NCBI GenBank assembly: GCA_964016885.1 | Contig: OZ024741.1 | Coordinates: forward strand, 80,724,001-80,788,000 | From: Eledone cirrhosa | Lineage: Eukaryota | Length of the DNA stretch: 64,000 nt | Direction of reading: 5' to 3' | Part shown: positions 53,026 through 64,000 of the stretch, piece after piece | How positions within the stretch are numbered: position 1 is the first letter of the stretch | How the letters are laid out: every line of letters begins with the position of its first letter | Made by a program: the position numbers and the translations under genes | Notes under the pieces: model-generated | The model's input: the letters and a program-made list of their open reading frames with translations, nothing else | Databases searched by the model: none | Told to the model about the DNA's origin: nothing

Positions 53026-53426
53026 TATAACAGGTGATTGTAATTTCATTATTTACATCAACGTTTCACTCAAGATTAGCAGATTGAAATTGTGGTATAC
53101 ATCAACAGCTCCGCTTGTATATTTGGGGTCTATATTCTAAGGAGGCTCTTTTATATTAGTTGTAGGAGTTGTAAAAGGGATGGGTTATAGGGAGTTAAGA
53201 GAATTTGAAAGGGCCTAAGAGTTAGGTATTGAAGGTTAAAAATTAGAGAATTTATAAGTTACGCATTAAAAGTAAAAGACTTGGGGATCCCGTAGAAGCA
53301 CCTTAAAAATCCCTCAATAAGTGCCATAAAGCTTATAAGCCCCAATAAACCTAGCAAAGCTTATAAGCCCCAATAAACCTATATATATATATATATATAT
53401 TATATTATATATATATATATATATAT

Positions 53427-53642
53427 ATGTTAGCTATCGCCGTATTTTGACTAAAGCAATTAAAAAAATTATTTAGCCTGATAGTGGGGTTAAGAAACCT
53501 CGGAGAAATGGAAAAAGATGAGTATTGACGTACATGTACGTCAATACTAATCCTTTTCCATTTCTCCGAGGGTTTTTAACTCCACTATCATGCTAAATAA
53601 TTTCCTTAATTGCTTTATTCAAAATACCGCGATAGCTAACAT
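53427..53642. repeat. 216-bp spacerless imperfect palindrome in (TA)n
   Basis: Centre GTACA|TGTAC at 53534/53535; arms colinear without indels, with scattered substitutions. Confidence 0.92.
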
Positions 53643-53682
53643 TCTAATAATTTCAAATCAACTCGCTGTATCTAAATATTCT

Positions 53683-53760
<78 letters not shown>

Positions 53761-53829
53761 TATATATATATTTATTTATATATATATATATATATTATAT
53801 ATATATATAAATATATATATATATTTATT

Positions 53830-53899
<70 letters not shown>

Positions 53900-53918
53900 T
53901 ATATAAATATATATATAT

Positions 53919-54354
53919 GCAAAGTTTTATTTAAATTGTTGGGTTACAACGAGTAAATATTTATAACTGATATAAAAGCACTCAACAAGTATTTGGAGTA
54001 TATTTACGATATTAAATAAATGGAAACTATATTTATAAAACCATATTTATTTCATTATATATATTTCAGGGATATCATATTAAAAATATGTTATGCCTTC
54101 TTCAGACAAAATACAATATAAACAGTCTTATAAATCTTTCTTTTTATAACTGTCCCTAATATTTTTCACTACCAAATCAACTTTTTAAGTGGAAGTTGCA
54201 GTTGAAAGGTATGTCAAATCTATCTATTTATAAGACTGTTTATATTGTATTTTGTCTGAAGAAGGCATAACATATTTTTAATATGATATCCCTGAAATAT
54301 ATATAATGAAATAAATATGGTTTTATAAATATAGTTTCCATTTATTTAATATCG

Positions 54355-54356
<2 letters not shown>
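53919..54356. mobile_element. Penelope-type pLTR with perfect 131-bp inverted copy; HHR on both strands
   Basis: Arms 54005-54135 and 54226-54356 are identical; HHR at 54048-54113 (-) and 54248-54313 (+), core CTGAAGA..GAAA. Confidence 0.8.
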
Positions 54357-54389
<33 letters not shown>

Positions 54390-55190
54390 ATATATATAAA
54401 TATATATATATATTTATATATATATATATATAAATATATATATATTTATATAAATATATATATATATTTATATATATATATATAAATATATATAAATATT
54501 TATATATATATATTTATATATATATATATTTATATATACAATATATATAAATATATATATATATTTATATAAATATATATATATATTTATATATATATAT
54601 ATTTATATATATATATATATATTTATATATACATATATATAAATATATATATATATTTATATAAATAAATATATATATATTTATATAAATATATATATAT
54701 ATAAATATAAATATTTATATAAATATATATATATTTATATAAATATATATATGTATATTTATATAAATCTATATATATTTATATAAATCTATATATATTT
54801 ATATATATATATATAAATATATATATATATTTATATATATATATATATTTATAAAACTATATATATATATTTATATATATATATAAATATATATATATTT
54901 ATATAAATATATCTATATATATTTATATATATATATATTTATATATATATATAAATAATATATATATATATATTTATATATATATATATATAAATATATA
55001 TATATATTTATATAAATATATATATATTTATATATATATATATTTATTTATATAAATATATATATATTTTTATATATATATATATTTATATAAATATATA
55101 TTAATTATATAAATATATATATATATATTAAATATATATATATATTTTCATATATAAATATATTTATATAAATATATATATATATATATT

Positions 55191-55261
<71 letters not shown>

Positions 55262-55490
55262 CATAAATATATATATATATATTTTATATATATATATATT
55301 TATATATATATTTATATAAATATATATATATATTTATATAAATATATATATATATATATTTATATAAATATATATATATATATATATATTTATATAAATA
55401 TATATATATATATATATATTTATATAAATATATATATATATATATTTATATAAATATATATATATATTTATATAAATATATATATATATT

Positions 55491-55562
<72 letters not shown>

Positions 55563-55574
55563 AATATATATATT

Positions 55575-55677
<103 letters not shown>

Positions 55678-56077
55678 TTGATAAACTATATATATGTGTT
55701 TGTGTCTATATTGTATCTGTACCTTTGAGTGTTGGTCAGTGAATGGCAACATTGAGGACCGAATAAATTAGATTACCGATATAAAAGACACAGAAGCGAA
55801 AAGCGAAATCAACCAAACAGTGAGTGTGTTCTGTTATTAATTCTGGCAATATTACACAAATATGACCCTCCCCAAGTATAACAATATTTGTTTCGACACA
55901 CGATTTCATATCAAAAACCTCGCAAAATTAATCATCGCCGTTATATATATATAATTATATATATTTATCTATATATATATATTTATATATATATATATTT
56001 ATATATATATATATTTATATATATATTTATATATATATTTATATATATATATATATGTATATATATTTATATATATT

Positions 56078-56108
<31 letters not shown>

Positions 56109-56655
56109 TTATATATATATATTTATATATATATATATTTATATATTATATTTATATATATTTATATATATATATTTATATATATATATATTTATATATA
56201 TATATATTTATATATATATATATTTATATATATATATTTATATATATATATTTATATATATATATATTTATAAATATATATATTTATATATATATATATT
56301 TATATATATATATATTTATATATATACATATTTATATATATATATTTATATATATATATATATTTATATATATATTTTTATATATATATATATTTATATA
56401 TATATATATTTATATATATATATTTATATATATATATTTATATATATATATTTATATATATATATATATTAATATATATAGATTTATATATATATATATT
56501 TTATATATATATAGATTTATATATAGATTTATATATATATATATATTTATATATATATAGATTTATATATAGATTTATATATATATATAGATTTATATGT
56601 ATATATATAGATTTATATATATATATTTATGTATATATATATATTTATATATATT

Positions 56656-56686
<31 letters not shown>

Positions 56687-56839
56687 ATTTATATATATAT
56701 TTATATATTCAAATATATATATATACATATATCTATACATATATATACATATATTTATTTAAATATATACATATATTTATATATATATATATATACATAT
56801 ATTTATATATATATATTTATATATTTATATATATATATT

Positions 56840-56890
<51 letters not shown>

Positions 56891-56957
56891 ATATTTGTAT
56901 ATGTATATATATTTATATATATATATATATATATAGTTATATTATATATATTATATA

Positions 56958-57046
<89 letters not shown>

Positions 57047-57155
57047 TTATATATATATATTTATATATATATATATATTTATATATATATAATTATATAT
57101 ATATATATTTATATATATATAATTATATATATATATAATTATATATATATATATT

Positions 57156-57237
<82 letters not shown>

Positions 57238-57273
57238 AAATATATATATATATATATATAAATAGATATATAC

Positions 57274-57330
<57 letters not shown>

Positions 57331-57483
57331 AATATATATATATATATATATACAAATATATTTATATATATATATACAAATATATTTATATATATATATA
57401 CAAATATAATATATATATACAAATATATATATATATATACAAATATATATATTTATATATATAATATATATATATATATATAT

Positions 57484-57745
57484 GCAAAAGTTTTATTTAA
57501 AATTGTTGGGTTACAACAAGTAGATATTTCATAACTGATATAAAGCACTCGACAAGTTTTTGGAGTCGATATACGATATTAAACAAATGGAAACTATATT
57601 TATAAAACCATATTTATTTCATTATACATATTTCAGGGATGCCATATTAAAAATATGGCATGCCTTCGTCAGATAAAATACAATATATAACCAGTTTTAT
57701 AAATAATTTTGACGTACAATAAATATAGCGACCATTAATGTAGGA
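57484..57745 (-). mobile_element. Penelope-type pLTR fragment with HHR at 57615-57680
   Basis: Near-identical to the 29702-29958 modules; CTGACGA core, 8-bp stem I. Confidence 0.75.
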
Positions 57746-58219
57746 GGCTGGTTTAGTAGTGAAGTGTTTATAAATATTTAGTGTTAATCACAGTTACAAA
57801 TAAAGACGGAGAAAAAGAAGAAATGTATGTAAAGAAAACCAGAGAGAAATAGAGAGAAACAGGGGAGTGAGAAAGAGGGAGGAGGTAAAAAAAGAGAGGC
57901 AACCGAAGGCAACAGATGAATAATAATAATTCATCATACAAATTGAGAGATTTAAGAGGGAGGGAGTACGGTAATTATTTAGTTATAGTGTAAATCACAG
58001 TTAGAGAAGAGACAGACTGAAAAGAAAGACGGAGAAAAAAAAATATTAATAATTATATAGGGGGAGGTGAAAATCAAGAGAGAAGTAAGAGAGAAACATG
58101 AGAGGCAAAGTCAAAACAACAGATACATAAACTTCATCATATATAAAGAGAGAGGGGAAGAAAGAGCTATATCTAGAGAGAGGGATGATAGAGTTACATC
58201 TTTACGTCATGTCCTATCA

Positions 58220-58419
58220 NNNNNNNNNNNNNNNNNNNNNNNNNNNNNNNNNNNNNNNNNNNNNNNNNNNNNNNNNNNNNNNNNNNNNNNNNNNNNNNNN
58301 NNNNNNNNNNNNNNNNNNNNNNNNNNNNNNNNNNNNNNNNNNNNNNNNNNNNNNNNNNNNNNNNNNNNNNNNNNNNNNNNNNNNNNNNNNNNNNNNNNNN
58401 NNNNNNNNNNNNNNNNNNN
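58220..58419. other. Assembly gap (200 N)
   Basis: Run of N; adjacency across it is not guaranteed. Confidence 1.
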
Positions 58420-58512
58420 TGGAAAGAAGAGAAATTTAAATTTCAATAATAAGAATTTGATTAACCAATGAGGAATTTAAAATGAAAAATAGGCAACTAT
58501 CGTAATAATATT

Positions 58513-60372
58513 GATGTGGATGATTGTGGTAATGGTGGTGTTAGTGGTGATGTTGGTGTTGGTGGTGATGGTGGTGTTGGTGGTGGTGTTAGTGGTGATG
58601 TTAGTGGTGATGTTAGTGGTGATGGTGGTGTTTGTGGTGATGGTGGTGTTGGTGGTGGTGTTAGTGGTGATGGTGGTGTTAGTGGTGATGGTGGTGTTGG
58701 TGGTGGTGTTAGTGGTGGTGTTAGTGGTGATGGTGATGTTGATGGTGGTGTTAGTGGTGGTGTTAGTGGTGATGGTGGTGTTGGTGGTGGTGTTAGTGGT
58801 GGTGTTAGTGGTGATGGTGATGTTGATGGTGGTGTTAGTGGTGATGGTGGTGTTGGTGGTGGTGTTAGTGGTGATGGTGGTGGTAATGGTTGTGTTAGTG
58901 GTGGTGTTAGTGGTGATGGTGGTGTTGGTGGTGGTGTTAGTGGTGATGGTGGTGTTGGTGGTGGTGTTAGTGGTGATGGTGGTGGTAATGGTTGTGTTAG
59001 TGGTGGTGTTAGTGGTGATGGTGGTGCTGGTGGTGCTGTTAGTGGTGATGGTGGTGTTGGTGGTGGTGTTAGTGGTGATGGTGGTGTTGGTGTTAGTGGT
59101 GATGGTGGTGTTAGTGGTGGTGTTAGTGGTGGTGTTAGTGGTGGTGTTAGTGGTGATGGTGATGGTAATGGTGGCGTTAGTGGTGATGGTGGTGTTAATG
59201 GTGGTGTTAGTGGTGATGGTGGTGGTCATGGTGGTGGTAATGATGGTGGTGGTAATGATGGTGGTGGTAATGATGGTTGTGATGATGGTGGTGGTGGTAA
59301 TGATGGTGGTGGTGATGGTGGTGGTGGTAATGATGGTGGGGGTAATGATGGTGGTGGTAATGGTGATGGTGGTAATGATGGTGGTGGTGATGGTGGTGGT
59401 GGTAATGATGGTGGTGGTGATGGTGGTGGTGGTAATGATGGTGGTGGTAATGATGGTGGTGGTGATGGTGGTGTTGATAAGTATGGTGGTGGTGGTAATG
59501 ATGGTGGTGGTAATGATGGTGGTGGCAATGATGGTGGTGGTGGTGATGGTGGTGGTGGTAATGATGGTGGTGGTAATGATGGTGGTGGTGATGGTGGTGG
59601 TGGTAATGATGGTGGTGGTGGTAATGATGGTGGTGGTGGTAATGATGGTGGTGGTAATGATGGTGGTGGTAATGATGGTGGTGGTGGTAATGATGGTGGT
59701 GGTGGTAATGATGGTGGTGGTAATGATGGTGGTGGTAATGATGGTGGTGGTAATGATGGTGGTGGTGGTAATGATGGTGGTGGTAATGGTGGTGGTGGTA
59801 ATGATGGTGGTGGTGATGGTGGTGGTGGTAATGATGGTGGTGGTGATGGTGGTGGTGGTAATGATGGTGGTGGTGGTAATGATGGTGGTGGTGATGGTGG
59901 TGGTGGTAATGATGGTGGTGGTGATGATGGTTGTGATGATGATGGTGGTGGTGGTAATGATGGTGGTGGTGATGGTGGTGGTGGTAATGATGGTGGTGGT
60001 GATGATGGTGGTGGTAATGATGGTGGTGGTAATTATGGTGGTGGTAATGATGGTGGTGGTGATGATGGTGGTGGTGGTAATGATGGTGGTGGTAATGATG
60101 GTGGTGGTAATGATGGTGGTGGTGGTAATGATGGTGGTGGTGGTAATGATGGTGGTGGTAATGATGGTGGTGGTAATGATGGTGGTGGTGGTAATGATGG
60201 TGGTGGTGATGATGGTGGTGGTGATGGTGGTGGTGGTAATGATGGTAGTGGTAATGATGGTGGTGGTGGTAATGATGGTAGTGGTAATGATGGTGGTGGT
60301 GGTGATGATGGTGGTGGTGATGATGGTGGTGGTAATGATGGTGGTGGTGATGATGGTGGTGGTGATGATGGT
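58513..60372. repeat. Compound trinucleotide array (GGT/GAT/AAT/GTT)
   Basis: GGTGGTGTTAGTGGTGAT units grade into GGTAATGATGGTGGT units; followed by a (CA)n-rich tract to ~60790. Confidence 0.95.
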
Positions 60373-60503
60373 GTCAGTTGCGATGGTGAGAAAGGTGCAG
60401 AACGTAAATTTATCAAGTTTACAGACATACATACACACTCAAGCAGACATACACGCACATACAGACACACACACACACACACACAAACACACACACTCAA
60501 GCA

Positions 60504-60572
<69 letters not shown>

Positions 60573-60678
60573 ATGCAAACACACACACTCAAGCAGACAC
60601 ACACACACATACAGACACACACACACACTCGCACAAACACACACACTCAAGCAGACACACAGACACACACGCGCGCGC

Positions 60679-60720
<42 letters not shown>

Positions 60721-60750
60721 ACACTCAAGCAGACACACACACACATACAG

Positions 60751-60792
<42 letters not shown>

Positions 60793-61140
60793 CAATTTTT
60801 CCAATGCATCGTTTATCATCTTTAATTAATTAAAACAAAATGTTACCAACACCTTTCTCTACACAGGTGTAGAGGATACATACTGATGGACACGTGCGCG
60901 CACATACACACACACACGTACACACATAGACACATACACACATATACACACAAAAATATACGCACAAGCAAACATACGTACACACACAGAGACATGCATA
61001 CATATACACATGCGCGCATACAGATACACATAGTCATTCACACAAACCGGTAGTTACAGTTAGTTTACAATTTATCACTACATTACTGCTTGACATCTGA
61101 ATGCCACAATGCATTTATGTATATGTATATATATATATAT

Positions 61141-62200
61141 AGTTATAGGAATAACCAAAGAGTGCTTAGAAATAGATTGTTTTATTAGCTAACAGTGTTT
61201 CATCCATACACCATGGCAGGAATCATCAGAGCCTATAAACATGAGTATATCAGTAGTTGCATGCTCCATCGAGCTGCGTCACCAGAGCAAGGTTAAAGGA
61301 TCAGCAGGGGGGTCCCGAGGCCAGCGCTATATGGAAAAAGACAGAATACATGATGCACATAATGTCATTAAATGTCTTAAAAATTTAAAAATTAAAAATT
61401 AAAAATTACACTAAAAATGTATCACTTAAATGGTGCAATAGAAGATAAAGAGGTTGGGAGAGGGTAGCAAGGGATGAGTGAGGGTATTACTTTTCACTAT
61501 ACCTAGCACAGCTTGACCCTATATATGCACATACCCACACTAACTATGTTAGTATGGTTTATAAACACACCCATTGTGCGCTAACTGATAGCACAGCACA
61601 ATAGTCTGTCGAAAGCCCAGAAAACCCCGCCGCAGATATAAAGCGGCTGAATTGGGTACCCGGGGTCTAGTTAACCTTAACCCTAAAGTGTGTAAGAGAG
61701 CTAACCTAGTATAGTGACCTATGGTAGCAAATCGTGTGGGCTGGGCGCCGCTGAATCGACCTAGCCCCAGGAGGAAGGGGAGATTGATCGCCGAGGGCTT
61801 CGAATCAAACAAAAGACTCGCCCCTAGCATCCCGTTGGATATCTAATGAATCCGCCCTTTATGACGCGAATTGCCTCCCATACCTTTCATACGTACTCTA
61901 CGACTTCCTGTGTTTATATTCAGACTACCGTTATGTGTTACTAGCGAGAGACTAATCTTTGAAGGTTGGAGTTAGTTGAATATGAATTGTGATCCAGCTT
62001 TGATGAATTATAGAACCACACTCAAGGCAAAGTGCAGCACTGGATATTGAACTCCCGCCGACCCAGGAGGGGCCACACCCGACTGTGAATGGATTGCAAC
62101 CTCCGGAGTCAATAATCTAAACGAAAACCACGTGGCGGAAATATAAATAACATGGCTGTCATAGACGGGTTTGGTTGTGAGTTCTCCCTTCTATATATAT
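61141..62200 (-). mobile_element. Possible degenerate Penelope-like 3' portion
   Basis: Ends in HHR + AATAAA + (TA)n. A weak KVWEAI..QRDARG remnant near 61810-61890 resembles GIY-YIG C-termini. Confidence 0.4.
61181..61239 (-). ncRNA. Type I hammerhead motif (U10.1-U11.1, GUU triplet)
   Basis: TTTATAGGCT-CTGATGA-TTCC..TGGAT-GAA-ACA c TGT-T|AGCTAATAAA. Confidence 0.65.
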
Positions 62201-64000
62201 CTGTAGTGACCTACATTCCGCGGGCTCACATACATTCTCTGTGCGTGATTTGGCTCAGTTCAGCCAATCAGCGCCAGTAGAAGAGGATGTATCCCTACGC
62301 GCCCTGAGGAAGAAATTCCCCGCGAAGATTTGAAGAATCTCTCCCTTGTACCGGAAACTTCAAGCCAGCAACACGCATAATGTAACGGTGAGATTTGCAC
62401 CCTAGCCTCGCCGGCTTAACGGCACAATGGCACATTCCGTTTTGTAACCTCTTTTTATCTGTAACTTCAACCATATAAATAAACATACATTTCATCTCTA
62501 ATCGCTGCTGTTGAAATCGTTATTATGTTACTCGTGTCTCAATAACATCTATAATCCATGCTGCTGGAATTGGCGACCTGACGAAAGGAATATTGTAAAT
62601 AGATGGTAAATAGATCGAGGGACCTTCCCTCACGTCTATGTCAACAAGATAATCCAACGAGGATACTATCACTTACCACACTGGCAACTAACGACCTTCA
62701 ATCATCTACCCTGTTAAAGTAACGACCACTGATTCTACCACCCTGCTAAAGTGGCGACTACTCTATAACCAATACCGTTAAAGTGGTGACCGACGTAAGA
62801 ATTTAACGCAGCCCTTCTTTTTCATTCAGTTGAACTTTTATTGCCCCTTTGCCAACCTTTTCGCAACTTGCGAAGATACAAAATATTCCTTTTAAGATTT
62901 TTGAAAAATTAGCAGTATTTCAAAAACTTTTTAGCCACGAAAAAATTTCAAGATGGCTACCGACATCTCCTGGCTACACTTGACAACAACAACAGCAGCA
63001 GCAGCGACAACATTGTTTAGCCACTGACCAAAGCAGGGAATAGTGAGTGGCAGCTTCATAGCCTTACCGACGCAAACCACCACACATCGGAAATTTCAGG
63101 ACGGCTTGTAGTTTTACCGACGCAACCACCATACCTTCTGTCTCGTTACCACAGGGACGCGAGAAATTGAGACAGTAGTTTTCTCACCATTATGGCGTCA
63201 GACGTGGCTGACATATTTGGTGACCGCTACTCTACAGAAGATTCTTTGACATTGCTTTAACAATAAGCAACACAACCGTGTGGCGGGACGGTAAAATGGC
63301 CACGAAAACTCACAAAAACACCATACATCTAACCCCTAACGGCATTAACAAACTTCTTTTTCAGTTTTCAGATAGAACTAGTGTCTGTACACTGGTGATG
63401 TGTGAACTATTTGACTTTGAAAAACTTTGAACTTATTGAGCAATTTCTCTGCTCCCTAGGATTGACTTTGAATTATCAGTTTGTTACATTCACATATTTC
63501 TTTGTAGAATGCATTTACTTGTTTTGTGCTCTTTTGCTATTTGTTTGCTCATGGTTTTTGTTCATTCACATTCTTTGCTGTTTTACATGCCTGCATATGC
63601 ACACATTTTTTTTATCACACACCAACATGTTGTTCTTGGTATATGTTCTTCAAACGTAATATTCTGCGAGTCCCCTTTCACCTGGTTGAGATGCTGTCAC
63701 ATGCTAGCAGCTCACAGAGCTTAATCCACTGGATTCAAACAGGCACCGCAACACGAGAATACTAATTGCAGCTGAACTCAAACAGTTTCGCATCTCGTTG
63801 CACACTGATCGTCCATGACGGCCATCCGTCTTGTTGTTTTTGCCCGACTCGCTGGGAAGGCAACAAATTGAACTGGACTTGTCAGCATTTCGGCCACTTC
63901 TGTGGATTCGCCCGAATTATGGAATTTACACTGCAACCCACCTACAGATTAAACTTGCCTTTTGTTCTTTACAAAGCAACCAGCCATTTTTTCCTGGCTC

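Noticed and set aside
58477-60829. 650-770 aa ORFs (Thr/Ile-, Val/Met- or Gly/Asp-rich) in several frames
   Set aside because: A trinucleotide array open in multiple frames and running into (CA)n; no convincing gene context or unique domain.

Overview
AT-rich, repeat-dense animal genomic DNA. The SINE/RTE repeat inventory and huge (TA)n tracts suggest an octopod cephalopod (inference). One host gene is supported: a spliced plus-strand BCH-domain gene of the BNIP2/caytaxin(ATCAY)/PRUNE2 family. It has 8 coding exons at 17283-28903 and a terminal exon from 34387 that can supply an alternative C-terminus. All exons join in frame with GT-AG introns (358 aa or 365 aa from the ATG at 17286). The rest is mobile DNA: a full-length but defective DD37D (maT) Tc1/mariner, an internally deleted RTE LINE, CR1 3' ends, tRNA-derived SINEs with TSDs, MITEs, a 5'-truncated Penelope-like element (RT + GIY-YIG), about 16 kb of (TA)n, a 200-N gap and a GGT/GAT array. 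The main hidden signal is about a dozen type I hammerhead ribozyme (HHR) motifs from several unrelated families. They include two non-coding 'monomer plus partial repeat' units (438 bp and 318 bp) that look like retrozymes; the 438-bp one carries three octamer motifs and a PSE-like box just upstream of the ribozyme. Several near-perfect foldback inverted repeats are also present. All structures were parsed by eye; no folding or database search was run.
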